In this document: in pieces, positions 31,765 through 41,252 of the stretch
Numbering within the stretch: position 1 is the stretch's first letter
Layout: each line of letters starts with the position of its first letter
Origin: an uncultured Pelagibacteraceae bacterium
GTDB taxonomy: Bacteria > Pseudomonadota > Alphaproteobacteria > Pelagibacterales > AG-422-B15
Direction: 5' to 3'
Length of the DNA: 64,000 bases
Assembly (NCBI GenBank): GCA_902570675.1
Contig: CACFYZ010000001.1
Span: 96,409 to 160,408, forward strand
The notes under the pieces: generated by a model
What the model saw: the letters and a program-made list of their open reading frames with translations, nothing else
Database searches by the model: none
Told to the model about the DNA's origin: nothing
Program-made: the position numbers and the translations under genes

Positions 31765-32540
31765 ATTTCTTTAGGTACGCCTACAACGTTATAACCACAA
31801 TCAACATAATGAATTTCTCCAGTGACGCCAGATGACAAATCACTAAGAAGATAAAGTCCAGACTTACCCACATCCTCAAGACTAATATTACGGTTCATCA
31901 ATGAATTTTTTTCTGACCATTTCATCATATCTTTCCCACCAGAGATCCCGGCCATTGCAAGTGTTTTCATGGGACCAGCTGAGAGAGCATTAACTCTTAT
32001 ATTCGAACTACCTAAATCAGCAGCTAAATATCGCACACTTGATTCAAGAGCAGCTTTAGCTACACCCATAACATTATAATTACGTATGAATTTTCGAGAA
32101 CCGTCGTAAGTCAGCGTTAAAATAGAACCCCCATTAACCATTAATTGACTTGCTTCACGGGCTACCTCAGTTAGAGAAAAACAAGAGATTAACATTGTAT
32201 TTTGAAAATTTTCTCGAGAAGTGTTTAGATACTTTCCTTTTAGTTCATTTTTATCGGAGAAAGCAATAGAATGTAAAACAAAATCAATTTTATTCCATCT
32301 TTCTCTAACCTGATTAAACGTATTTTTTACAGAACTCTCATTTAATACATTACATTCAATAATAAAATTATTTTGAATTGACTCTGCTAGAGGTTTAACT
32401 CGTTTAAAAAGCGCATCGCCTTGATAAGTAAAACAAAGTTCAGCTCCATTATCGGAAAGCTGTTTGGCGATTCCCCAAGCAATTGAGAGTTCATTAGCCA
32501 CCCCCATAATTACTCCTTTTTTACCAGCTAAATTAATCAT
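31761..32540 (-). CDS. fabI: Enoyl-[acyl-carrier-protein] reductase (NADH)
   Basis: [14 protein letters not shown]-terminus and an SDR fold. It is the last gene of the fabA-fabB-fabI string. Confidence 0.92.
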   Translation of the reverse strand: MINLAGKKGVIMGVANELSIAWGIAKQLSDNGAELCFTYQGDALFKRVKPLAESIQNNFIIECNVLNESSVKNTFNQVRERWNKIDFVLHSIAFSDKNELKGKYLNTSRENFQNTMLISCFSLTEVAREASQLMVNGGSILTLTYDGSRKFIRNYNVMGVAKAALESSVRYLAADLGSSNIRVNALSAGPMKTLAMAGISGGKDMMKWSEKNSLMNRNISLEDVGKSGLYLLSDLSSGVTGEIHYVDCGYNVVGVPKEI

Positions 32541-33751
32541 TTTTTAAATCTTTCAAATACTAAAGAAGCATTTGTTCCACCAAATCCAAAACTATTACTC
32601 ATCGCAGTATGAATTTTGTCATCAAGACGATTAGTGAGTATGTTCATATTTTCTGCTTCTTCGTCAAGTTCATCAATATTTGCTGATTCTGAGAGAAAAT
32701 TATCTTTCATCATAAGTAAAGTGTATATCGATTCATGAACTCCTGCTGCACCCAGAGAATGTCCACTTAATGATTTTGTTGAACTTATAAAAGGTATGGA
32801 ATCTCCAAAGACATTTTTTATAGCTTTAAGTTCAGCAACATCACCTACTGGAGTAGACGTTCCATGGGCATTTATATAATCAATTTTATCAATATTTTTG
32901 GTTGCCATCTTCATACAACGTACCGCTCCCTCACCTGAGGGTTGAACCATATCAAAGCCATCTGAAGTCGCACCATAACCAACAATTTCTGCATATATTT
33001 TGGCGTTTCTATTTAATGCTGTTTCTAAATCTTCAAGAACCAAAACACCACCACCACCTGCGATCACAAATCCATCTCTATTTCTATCAAATGCTCTTGA
33101 AGCTTTTTCAGGAGACTCGTTATATTTAGAGGATAAAGCTGGCATGGCATCAAACAAAGCTGATAGTGTCCAATCAAGTTCTTCACCACCGCCAGCAAAA
33201 ATTCTATCTTGCTTACCTAATTGTATTAATTCGTAAGCATTGCCAATACAATGAGCACTGGTTGAACATGCCGAGCTGATTGAGTAATTCACTCCTTTAA
33301 TTTTAAAATAAGTAGATAATGTTGCTGAATTTGTACTGCACATTACCTTAGGAACACTTGTAGGTCCAATTTTCTTTGGACCTTTCTCTCTTGTAATATC
33401 AAATGCTCTGAGCAAACTCTTCGTTGAAGGCCCACCCGAACCCATGATCAATCCAGTCATATTTTCTGAGACTTCATTTTCAGCTAGGCCAGCATCTTCA
33501 ATCGCCTCCTTCATTGCAATATAATTATAGCTTGCACCGTCACCCATAAATCTTAAAAATTTTCTCTCGATAATCTCTTCAAGATTAATTTTTATCTGTC
33601 CACTGACTTGACTTCTAAACCCCATTTCTTTCTGAGAATTATCAAAAGATATTCCTGAGGAACAATTATAAAGTGAATCTTTGACTTCTTTTTTATTGTT
33701 TCCAAGTGAGGAAACAATACCTATTCCAGTTACGACAACTCTTCTAATCAC
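32537..33751 (-). CDS. fabB: 3-oxoacyl-[acyl-carrier-protein] synthase I
   Basis: Active-site [12 protein letters not shown] plus HGTSTPVGD and GHSLGAAG. Downstream of fabA. Confidence 0.92.
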   Translation of the reverse strand: MIRRVVVTGIGIVSSLGNNKKEVKDSLYNCSSGISFDNSQKEMGFRSQVSGQIKINLEEIIERKFLRFMGDGASYNYIAMKEAIEDAGLAENEVSENMTGLIMGSGGPSTKSLLRAFDITREKGPKKIGPTSVPKVMCSTNSATLSTYFKIKGVNYSISSACSTSAHCIGNAYELIQLGKQDRIFAGGGEELDWTLSALFDAMPALSSKYNESPEKASRAFDRNRDGFVIAGGGGVLVLEDLETALNRNAKIYAEIVGYGATSDGFDMVQPSGEGAVRCMKMATKNIDKIDYINAHGTSTPVGDVAELKAIKNVFGDSIPFISSTKSLSGHSLGAAGVHESIYTLLMMKDNFLSESANIDELDEEAENMNILTNRLDDKIHTAMSNSFGFGGTNASLVFERFKK

Positions 33752-34248
33752 TTTATTAATCCTACTTTTAATCCTTCGGCTGAGTATATTTCTTTTCCAT
33801 CGACACTGACGACTCCATTACCTACTCCAACGATTACTCCCCGTTTAATAACTTTTTTCATATCAATTTTATAATTTACTAGCTTAGACTCTTTTAATAT
33901 TTCTCCACCAAATTTTACTCCTGCCGAACCTAACGCTCTTCCTCTACCTGGGTTACCAATCCAACCTAAATAAAATCCAACAAGTTGCCACATTGCATCA
34001 AGTCCTAGGCAACCTGGCATTACAGGATCCATTTCAAAATGACAGTCAAAAAACCACAAATCAGGTTTTATATCCAATTCCGCATGAATTTCACCTTTGC
34101 TAAATTGCCCAGTATTGTCAGTAATTTTTGTGATTCGATCAAACATTAACATAGGAGGAAGTGGTAATCGAGCATTGCCAATTCCAAACATTGTTCCATG
34201 CGCGCATTGAAGCAGTTCTTCTTTGGTATAGCTAGATTTTTTTTCCAC
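33748..34248 (-). CDS. fabA: 3-hydroxydecanoyl-ACP dehydratase/isomerase
   Basis: [24 protein letters not shown] signature. Confidence 0.94.
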   Translation of the reverse strand: MEKKSSYTKEELLQCAHGTMFGIGNARLPLPPMLMFDRITKITDNTGQFSKGEIHAELDIKPDLWFFDCHFEMDPVMPGCLGLDAMWQLVGFYLGWIGNPGRGRALGSAGVKFGGEILKESKLVNYKIDMKKVIKRGVIVGVGNGVVSVDGKEIYSAEGLKVGLIK

Positions 34249-34303
34249 TGGAATTATCTATCTTATTGTATTATATGAAGTTTATTAAGATTAAAGTATT
34301 ATC

Positions 34304-34318
34304 ATTGTAAAATACAAT
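34304..34318. promoter_or_regulatory. Perfect 6-3-6 palindrome ATTGTAaaaTACAAT in the fabA/irr divergent spacer (candidate operator)
   Basis: Read directly from the sequence. No known regulator is assigned. Confidence 0.3.
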
Positions 34319-34341
34319 AAATTTTATTAAAAAATAAAATT

Positions 34342-34734
34342 ATGAAAGATATCAAGGATTTTTTAAGATCGAATTCTCTAAGGCCTACTAAGCAAAGAGT
34401 GTTAATAGCTGAATACTTATTCGATGGTGAAAATAAACACGTTACTGCTGAAAAACTCTCAAACGAACTTAATAGACGTAGAACAGGAATCTCATTAGCA
34501 ACAGTTTACAACACCTTACATGATTTTTACGAGAGAGGTCTCTTAAAAAAATTATCGCTAGGTTTAGATAGAGTGTATTTTGATACGAATACCGACCATC
34601 ATCATCACTTCTATTCTGATAAAGAACAACTGCTAATTGATATTAATAATAAGTTAAAGGTATCAGGTTTACCGAAGTTACCAAAAAATAAAAAAACAAA
34701 TAAGATTGAAGTCATAGTTCATCTAGATAATTAA
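34342..34734 (+). CDS. irr: Iron response regulator Irr (Fur family, cysteine-free, HHHH motif)
   Basis: Fur-type wHTH (RPTKQRVLIAEYL...SLATVYNTLHDF) and a DHHHHFY His cluster. No Cys. Divergent from fabA, as in many alphaproteobacteria. Confidence 0.8.
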   Translation: MKDIKDFLRSNSLRPTKQRVLIAEYLFDGENKHVTAEKLSNELNRRRTGISLATVYNTLHDFYERGLLKKLSLGLDRVYFDTNTDHHHHFYSDKEQLLIDINNKLKVSGLPKLPKNKKTNKIEVIVHLDN

Positions 34735-34735
34735 T

Positions 34736-34750
34736 TGATAATAGTTATCA
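34736..34750. promoter_or_regulatory. Fur-box-like palindrome TGATAAtagTTATCA
   Basis: Perfect 6-3-6 inverted repeat. Close to the classical Fur 7-1-7 box TGATAATnATTATCA. Starts 2 nt after the irr stop. Confidence 0.5.
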
Positions 34751-34757
34751 CTATCAG

Positions 34758-34774
34758 TTTAGAATGATTCTAAA
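34758..34774. promoter_or_regulatory. Irr-binding iron control element (ICE) TTTAGAAtgaTTCTAAA
   Basis: Exact match to the published ICE consensus TTTAGAA-N3-TTCTAAA. It ends 3 nt before a TTGACA hexamer (34778..34783), upstream of rubrerythrin. Confidence 0.6.
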
Positions 34775-34835
34775 CTATTGACAATTTCCAAAAATACTAT
34801 ATTTATAACATCGGTTATTTATTGAGGAGAAAATT

Positions 34836-35255
34836 ATGACTGAATTAAAAGATAGTAAGACACTAGACAATCTAAAGGCTGCTTTCGCAGGTGAAAGTCA
34901 AGCAAACCGTAGATATCTATATTTTGCACAAAAAGCTGATGTAGAAGGACACAATGACGTCGCTGCAGTATTTAGATCAACTGCAGAAGGCGAAACTGGA
35001 CATGCTCACGGACATTTAGAATTTATGGAAGAAGTTGGTGACCCTGCAACTGGAGAGCCAATTGGTTCTACAGAAGAAAATCTAAAAGCTGCTATTGCAG
35101 GTGAAACGCATGAGTACACAGATATGTATCCTGGAATGGCAAAGACTGCGCGAGAGGAAGGCTTTGATGAAATTGCTGATTGGTTTGAAACATTAGCTAA
35201 AGCAGAAAAATCCCATGCGGGTAAATTTCAAAAAACACTAGAGTCTATAGACTAA
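34836..35255 (+). CDS. rbr: Rubrerythrin-family diiron protein without a rubredoxin domain
   Basis: Ferritin-like four-helix pattern with E...ExxH pairs ([10 protein letters not shown]; GETHEY...AEKSHAGKF). 139 aa with no cysteine, so it has no rubredoxin module. GGAG RBS upstream. Confidence 0.88.
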   Translation: MTELKDSKTLDNLKAAFAGESQANRRYLYFAQKADVEGHNDVAAVFRSTAEGETGHAHGHLEFMEEVGDPATGEPIGSTEENLKAAIAGETHEYTDMYPGMAKTAREEGFDEIADWFETLAKAEKSHAGKFQKTLESID

Positions 35256-35262
35256 ATAACAT

Positions 35263-35290
35263 AAGGGACTGTTCGCAGTCCCTTTTTTTT
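35263..35290 (+). terminator. Intrinsic terminator: 9-bp stem AAGGGACTG/CAGTCCCTT with a TTCG tetraloop and a T8 tract
   Basis: Read directly. It starts 8 nt after the rubrerythrin stop and ends 5 nt before the next start codon. Confidence 0.8.
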
Positions 35291-35295
35291 AATCT

Positions 35296-36636
35296 ATGGA
35301 CAGTAAAAAAGAGGGCAGTTTAGCTGCTCCTACAAGAGATATAATCGATTGGAATTCAGATGAATACTTAGACAAAGCATCTCTGGATACTGAGATGCGC
35401 AGGCAATTTGAAGTTTGTCATAGTTGTCGAAGGTGCTTTAATTTATGCGATAGTTTTCCCACTTTATTTGATTTAATCGATGACTCACCTAATGAGTCAG
35501 TTGATGATTTAACAAAAAAAGATTTTGAAGACATTACTGACAAATGCACATTGTGTGATATGTGTTTTATGACCAAGTGTCCCTATGTTCCCCCTCATGA
35601 GTTCAATATTGATTTTCCACATTTAATGCTTAGATACAGAACTTATCAAGATAAACAAAAAAAATTACCAAAATTTCCTAAAGAGCTTGCAAAAATTGAT
35701 CGTAATGCATCAACTGCAAGGCTAGCACCAAGTATAGCGAATTGGTCATCAGGTAAGAAAAATAAATTAACGCGTAAGCCTCTAGAATTATTAAGTGGAA
35801 TTGATCAACATGCTGAACTCCCCAAATTTGAAAAAAAAACGTTTCATGATCAATTCAATAATCTTGAAAATTTAATTAACAAAAATGCGCCAGCTTATGG
35901 AAGAAAAGTTGCTATTTATTCAACTTGTTATGTCAATCACAATAATTCAAAGGTTGGTATAGCTGCTAACAAAGTATTAAACCATAATGGTGTTGAAACC
36001 ATCTCAACATATCCAGGTTGTTGTGGAATGCCGCATTTAGAGCAGGCACAACATGAAAAAGTTAAGACCCAATCAGAGAAAGTTTCAAAAGAACTCTGTA
36101 ATTTGATTGATCAGGGATATGATATTATAACACTTACTGCTAGTTGTGGTCTAATGCTTAAATTTGAATGGCAACTTATTAACCCTAGCAACGAAAATGT
36201 TAAAAGATTATCAAAGCATGTGTTTGATATTGATGAGTATATTGTTGATATTGCTAAGAAAGAGGGTCTTGTTGATGGACTAACACCCTTTGATGAAGGT
36301 GTAACAGTACACAACGCTTGTCATGCTCGAGCCCAGAACATGGGAAATAAGGCTCTTGAAATGCTAAAGAAAATACCTGAAACAAAAGTAGATGTTATTG
36401 AAAAATGTGCAGGTCATGGAGGTACATTTGGAGTGATGAAAAAAACAAGAAAACATGCTGTTAAGTATGGCAAAAGTACTGCAAGACAAATAAAAAATAA
36501 AAAAAATAAATATATGGTTTCGGACTGTCCGCTTGCCTGCAAACACCTAAATGAGTTTTTAAATCAAGACAAAGAAGCAAATTATATTTCTATGCACCCA
36601 ATCGAGGTGATTGCTAAATCTTACAATATATCTTGA
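35296..36636 (+). CDS. (Fe-S)-binding protein of the HdrD/GlpC/GlcF type (two ferredoxin-like 4Fe-4S motifs plus two CCG-type cysteine-rich domains)
   Basis: CHSCRRCFNLC and CTLCDMCFMTKCP cluster motifs. The CCG-like motifs are PGCCGMP and a second Cys-rich region (NACHARAQ, CAGHGG). Physiological substrate unknown. Confidence 0.75.
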   Translation: MDSKKEGSLAAPTRDIIDWNSDEYLDKASLDTEMRRQFEVCHSCRRCFNLCDSFPTLFDLIDDSPNESVDDLTKKDFEDITDKCTLCDMCFMTKCPYVPPHEFNIDFPHLMLRYRTYQDKQKKLPKFPKELAKIDRNASTARLAPSIANWSSGKKNKLTRKPLELLSGIDQHAELPKFEKKTFHDQFNNLENLINKNAPAYGRKVAIYSTCYVNHNNSKVGIAANKVLNHNGVETISTYPGCCGMPHLEQAQHEKVKTQSEKVSKELCNLIDQGYDIITLTASCGLMLKFEWQLINPSNENVKRLSKHVFDIDEYIVDIAKKEGLVDGLTPFDEGVTVHNACHARAQNMGNKALEMLKKIPETKVDVIEKCAGHGGTFGVMKKTRKHAVKYGKSTARQIKNKKNKYMVSDCPLACKHLNEFLNQDKEANYISMHPIEVIAKSYNIS

Positions 36637-36666
36637 TAAGCAATATTTAATTACTATTTAAATAAG

Positions 36667-37260
36667 ATGCCCATACAAAATAAAAAAATTGACAGTTCAG
36701 ATCTATTAGATCTCAACACATATGCCAAAGAGCGTAAGGCAATTAGAAGTGAACTTGTTGAAATGAAAAAAAATAGAAGAGTAGAATTGGGTCCTCACTC
36801 TACATTTTACTTTGAGAACTTTTTCACAATGAAGGCGCAAATACAAGAAATGCTATACATTGAAAAGGGAGGCGACGAACAATTAAAAGATGAACTTGAT
36901 GCTTATAATCCTCTTATACCTCAAGGTACTGAGCTAGTAGCAACATTCATGTTCGAAATAGATAATCCGGTTACTAGAAAAAAAGTTTTGTCTTCATTAG
37001 GAAATGTCGAAAACAAAATATTTATTAGTGTTAATGGAAATAAAATATTTGCAACGCCTGAGAGTGATGTTGATCGCACTGATGACTCTGGCAAAACATC
37101 TTCAGTTCACTTTCTGCATTTTAAATTTGAAGATCAACATATCAAAGATTTCAAAAATATGGAAAATCGTGTTGAAATAGGAACTGATCATAAGAATTAT
37201 CCGCATCTATCTATTTTCACAAATGAAGTTAAGGCAGCATTAATAAAAGATTTTGATTAA
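36667..37260 (+). CDS. Uncharacterised protein, DUF3501-like (recalled family; usually found next to rubrerythrin and HdrD-like genes)
   Basis: 197 aa, soluble, with no Cys and no recognisable catalytic motif. The family assignment is from memory of the conserved neighbourhood and needs an HMM check. Confidence 0.5.
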   Translation: MPIQNKKIDSSDLLDLNTYAKERKAIRSELVEMKKNRRVELGPHSTFYFENFFTMKAQIQEMLYIEKGGDEQLKDELDAYNPLIPQGTELVATFMFEIDNPVTRKKVLSSLGNVENKIFISVNGNKIFATPESDVDRTDDSGKTSSVHFLHFKFEDQHIKDFKNMENRVEIGTDHKNYPHLSIFTNEVKAALIKDFD

Positions 37261-37718
37261 ATTTTTCCAGTTGAACCAAACCCACTATCGCCTCTTCTTG
37301 TTTTTTCTAGATCGTCAACTTCCTCAAATCTTACGTGTATTGTATTAGCAAATATCATTTGAGCAATCCTATCCCCAGGATTAATTGCAAATGAAGTATT
37401 ACTGAGGTTTATTAAAACTACTTTAATCTCTCCTCGATAATCACTGTCTATGGTTCCAGGGGTATTTAATATTGTAACACCATGTTTGAATGCTAAACCA
37501 GATCTTGGTCTTATCTGAGCTTCAAACCCTTTTGGCATTGCGATTGATATCCCACATGGAATGATTTCTCTTTCCCAAGGATGAATTTCTATTTGAGAGT
37601 TTATTGAAGCACTTAAGTCGACACCAGAAGCTTCATCTGATTGATAAGAAGGAATTTTAAAATTATCAAGTTTTGAAAGATTTTTAATTGATATCTTAAT
37701 TAAATGTGATTTTGTCAA
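37257..37718 (-). CDS. dut: dUTP diphosphatase
   Basis: RSGLAFKHGVTILNTPGTIDSDYRGE and the C-terminal RGDSGFGSTG motif. Confidence 0.95.
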   Translation of the reverse strand: MTKSHLIKISIKNLSKLDNFKIPSYQSDEASGVDLSASINSQIEIHPWEREIIPCGISIAMPKGFEAQIRPRSGLAFKHGVTILNTPGTIDSDYRGEIKVVLINLSNTSFAINPGDRIAQMIFANTIHVRFEEVDDLEKTRRGDSGFGSTGKI

Positions 37719-37728
37719 ACTATGTATA

Positions 37729-38925
37729 TCAATGATTTAATTGAGTAGTGATTTTTTCACAGAGTTTTTGAGCTACCTCTTTTTTTGACATCAATCCCCA
37801 TTTTTCTGTATATTGTTTAGTCACAAAAAATATTTTATTTGTTTCTTGATTAAATACATTGTTATCAGACACATTATTACCCAGGATCCAATCACAACCT
37901 TTTTTACCTAGTTTTTTTATCGCGTTATCCTGGAGATTTTCAGTTTCAGCGGCAAATCCTATCATGAGTTTTGGTCTTAAACTGTTTCTTTTGCTCAATC
38001 TTTCTAAAATATCTGGGTTCTCTTCTAATGTAATCTTTTGTTCGTCACCTGTTTTTTTTAATTTTGATGAGATTTTGTTTGCTATTTTATAGTCAGCTAC
38101 AGCAGCTGCACAAACAGCAATGTCAGCTGGAAGTGATGCTTCACAAGCATCTAGCATTTGATCAGCTGAGTGAACGTTTATTAATTTAGTAACCTTAGGC
38201 GCACTTAAGCTAGTTGGTCCTGAAATTAAGGTAGTTTTAGCTCCAAGGTTTTGTAGCATTTCTGCAATTGCGAAACCCTGTTTTCCTGAGGATTCATTAG
38301 AAATAAATCTGACTGGGTCTATCATTTCTCTAGTTGGACCCGCTGTTACAATCGCAGATCGATTTTCAAGAGGTTTAAAATTTTGTTTATCAATATATTT
38401 TTTAATACCATCGACTATTTGTTCTGGTTCTTTCATTCTACCCTCACCATACTCACCACATGCCATTTCACCACTTTCCGGCCCTATGAATTCAATACCA
38501 TCTTTTTTTAGTGTTTCAACATTTCGCTGGGTTGATTTATTCAGCCACATTCTTACATTCATTGCAGGCACGACTATTATAGGTTTATTTGTAGCCATCA
38601 ATACTGTAGATGCAAGATCGTCTGCTACACCATAAGCCATTTTTGAAATTATATTTGCCGTAGCAGGCGCTACTACGATCAGGTCAGACATTCTTGATAG
38701 TTGTATATGACCCATTTCGTGTTCTTCGTTAAGATTAAATAATTCAGAATACACTCTATTTCCTGAAATACTTTCTATAGATAAAGGAGTTACAAATTTT
38801 GATCCAGATTTGGTAAGTACGCATGTAACATCAAAGTTATTTCTTCTTAACTCTCTAATAGTTTCTAGAGATTTATACGCAGCAATTCCACCAGTTATAA
38901 TAAAAAGGATCTTTTTATTTTTCAT
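37729..38925 (-). CDS. coaBC: Bifunctional phosphopantothenoylcysteine decarboxylase/phosphopantothenate--cysteine ligase
   Basis: Flavoprotein N-terminus ILFIITGGIAAYK. C-terminal DFP/CoaB domain. dut-coaBC synteny. Confidence 0.93.
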   Translation of the reverse strand: MKNKKILFIITGGIAAYKSLETIRELRRNNFDVTCVLTKSGSKFVTPLSIESISGNRVYSELFNLNEEHEMGHIQLSRMSDLIVVAPATANIISKMAYGVADDLASTVLMATNKPIIVVPAMNVRMWLNKSTQRNVETLKKDGIEFIGPESGEMACGEYGEGRMKEPEQIVDGIKKYIDKQNFKPLENRSAIVTAGPTREMIDPVRFISNESSGKQGFAIAEMLQNLGAKTTLISGPTSLSAPKVTKLINVHSADQMLDACEASLPADIAVCAAAVADYKIANKISSKLKKTGDEQKITLEENPDILERLSKRNSLRPKLMIGFAAETENLQDNAIKKLGKKGCDWILGNNVSDNNVFNQETNKIFFVTKQYTEKWGLMSKKEVAQKLCEKITTQLNH

Positions 38926-38982
38926 TATTTGTAGAGTTATACTTTTTTAGTCTAGTTGAAAAGTAATATTTATACATCAAAC

Positions 38983-40557
38983 TTAAATTAATACTGAAAT
39001 AATCGCCAAACTTAGTAATATAGTAATACTACCCACAGCAATTCTACTATAGCTAATATTACTGGGCGCTTTTTCGTCTTCATGCTTTACGATAAGGTCA
39101 AAGGCTTGATCTGCTCTTGAAATAAAGTCTGGAATATCTGGAACTTTTCTTGCAATGCTTTGCAATGCTTCTTGTGTCTGTTGAAGTCTATTTTTTATTC
39201 CTAATTCATCTTTTAACCATGTTTCAATTTCTGGTTTTGATATTTCCCAAAAATTAATGTCAGGGTTTAATTTTCTTGCAACACCTTCGACTGTAATCAT
39301 AGTTTTTTGAAGAAGTAAAAGTTGAGGCTGTAATGACATATTGAATTGTTTTGTAATATCAAATAGCTGAAGTAAAACATTTCCCATTGAAATATTTTTT
39401 GCTTTTTGGTTTATAATTGGTTCACCTATTGATCTTAATGCTTGTGAAAAATCTTCGACAGATTGTTTTTGATCTATTAATCCTGCTTCTTGATGAATTT
39501 TTGCAATATGTAAATAGTCCTGTTTGATAAATCCATAAATAATTTCAGCTAAATAAGATCTATTTTTTTTATCAAGCCTTCCCATTATACCAAAATCAAC
39601 TGCTAAAAGTTCTCCATTGGGATTGAGAAATAAATTTCCTTGATGCAGATCTGCATGAAAATATCCATCCCTAATTGATTGTCTAAGAAAATTAACTATG
39701 AGATTTTCTGATGCTTTTTTAAAATCTACTTTCTTTTCAATTAATTCATCAATCTTATCCGCGGGTGTTCCAACTATTCTCTCCATTGTAAGTACTCTTT
39801 GAGTAACACTCTCCCAGTAAATTTTAGGGACATAAAAACTTTCATCCATATTAGTATTTTCTGAAAGTTCAGATGCTGCTGCAGCTTCGTATCTCAAATC
39901 GAGTTCAAATTTTATAACTTCCTTTGCTTTTTTTATTATTGAATTTGGCTTTAATCTTTTTAATTCTGTAAAATTTTCCATGAACATCGTTATCCACTCA
40001 AGTCTTTCCATCTCTAAACCGATAATTTTTTCAATTTCTGGTCTTAATACTTTTACAGCTACATTGATTTCATTACCCGAAATCTTTATCTTAGCAAAAT
40101 GAACTTGAGCAATAGATGCGGCAGCAATTGGCTCACTAAATTCTGAAAAAATATTCTCGATTTTTTCACCAAATTCTCTCTCGATTATTTCAATAGCTTT
40201 TGCTGTTGAAAATGGCGGTAAATTATCCCTAAGTAATGATAGATCTTCAGCTATAGTGCTACCAACAATATCTGGTCTTGTTGATATAAGTTGACCCAAC
40301 TTTATAAACGAAGGACCAAGCTCATTCAGTGCATGTGCTATTCTTTGCCCATCAGTATTATTTATTACAGATTTATTATAAGAAACACCAATAGAAAGTA
40401 AATTTGTTATAATAGTAAATATAATTTTATATTTTATATTTCTTCTGATTAATAATAAGACATTGTTTTTTTTCAAAACTCTGATGAGCTTTACCAAAAA
40501 AAATAAATTACTCAGCATTGACAGCTTTTGTTGCGAAGTGAATAGCAACGATTCCAT
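38983..40557 (-). CDS. ubiB: Ubiquinone biosynthesis protein kinase-like UbiB (ABC1/ADCK family)
   Basis: ABC1 domain (AAASIAQVHFA, HADLHQGNLF) and a C-terminal TM segment. The true start may be the Met at 40518 (MLSNLFF...). Either start overlaps ubiE. Confidence 0.88.
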   Translation of the reverse strand: MESLLFTSQQKLSMLSNLFFLVKLIRVLKKNNVLLLIRRNIKYKIIFTIITNLLSIGVSYNKSVINNTDGQRIAHALNELGPSFIKLGQLISTRPDIVGSTIAEDLSLLRDNLPPFSTAKAIEIIEREFGEKIENIFSEFSEPIAAASIAQVHFAKIKISGNEINVAVKVLRPEIEKIIGLEMERLEWITMFMENFTELKRLKPNSIIKKAKEVIKFELDLRYEAAAASELSENTNMDESFYVPKIYWESVTQRVLTMERIVGTPADKIDELIEKKVDFKKASENLIVNFLRQSIRDGYFHADLHQGNLFLNPNGELLAVDFGIMGRLDKKNRSYLAEIIYGFIKQDYLHIAKIHQEAGLIDQKQSVEDFSQALRSIGEPIINQKAKNISMGNVLLQLFDITKQFNMSLQPQLLLLQKTMITVEGVARKLNPDINFWEISKPEIETWLKDELGIKNRLQQTQEALQSIARKVPDIPDFISRADQAFDLIVKHEDEKAPSNISYSRIAVGSITILLSLAIISVLI

Positions 40558-41197
40558 TGAAAATATTTTTGTAATTTACGTCAGTAAATTCCGTGCTTTC
40601 AATTATTTCTTTAAACTCTTTTTGTGAGGGAAACTCATCAATTGTTTTTGTTAAATACTTATAAGGTTCTTCATCACCAACGATTACTTTCCCAATGACA
40701 GGTATAATTGAAGAGTACATATTATATATGCTGGAAACAGTTTTATTTTCTACTTTTGAGAATTCTAGACAGAAAAATTTACCTCCAGGTTTTAGTACTC
40801 TATATGCTTCTTTCAATGATCTTTTTATATCTGAAAAATTTCTCACACCAAATGAGACAAGATATGCATCAAATGTATTATCTGTGAAGGGAAGGTCTTC
40901 AGCAGGAGCTACAACCCATTCAATTTTACTTTTGAACCTATGATTTTTTTTACCTTCCTCAATCATGTATTCATTTGGATCACTTACAGTGGCAAATCCG
41001 TTACCTTTAATTCTATTTAAGAATCTTCTTGCAACATCACCAGTTCCACCCGCAACATCTAAAATATGGGTATCTTCACGTGGTGAAAGGAAGTCAATTA
41101 ATACTTCTTTCCAATATCTATGTGCACCAAGCGACATAATATCATTCATGAAATCATATCTGTAGGCAACCGTGTCAAAAACTTCTTTTGTTTCCAT
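40508..41197 (-). CDS. ubiE: Demethylmenaquinone/ubiquinone C-methyltransferase
   Basis: YDFMNDIMSLGAHRYWK and the SAM motif LDVAGGTGD. ubiE-ubiB synteny. Confidence 0.92.
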   Translation of the reverse strand: METKEVFDTVAYRYDFMNDIMSLGAHRYWKEVLIDFLSPREDTHILDVAGGTGDVARRFLNRIKGNGFATVSDPNEYMIEEGKKNHRFKSKIEWVVAPAEDLPFTDNTFDAYLVSFGVRNFSDIKRSLKEAYRVLKPGGKFFCLEFSKVENKTVSSIYNMYSSIIPVIGKVIVGDEEPYKYLTKTIDEFPSQKEFKEIIESTEFTDVNYKNIFNGIVAIHFATKAVNAE

Positions 41198-41252
41198 TAT
41201 AAGTTTTCTTTATTTGTTTAACATCTTATAAACTAAAAAGTATAATTTATAT

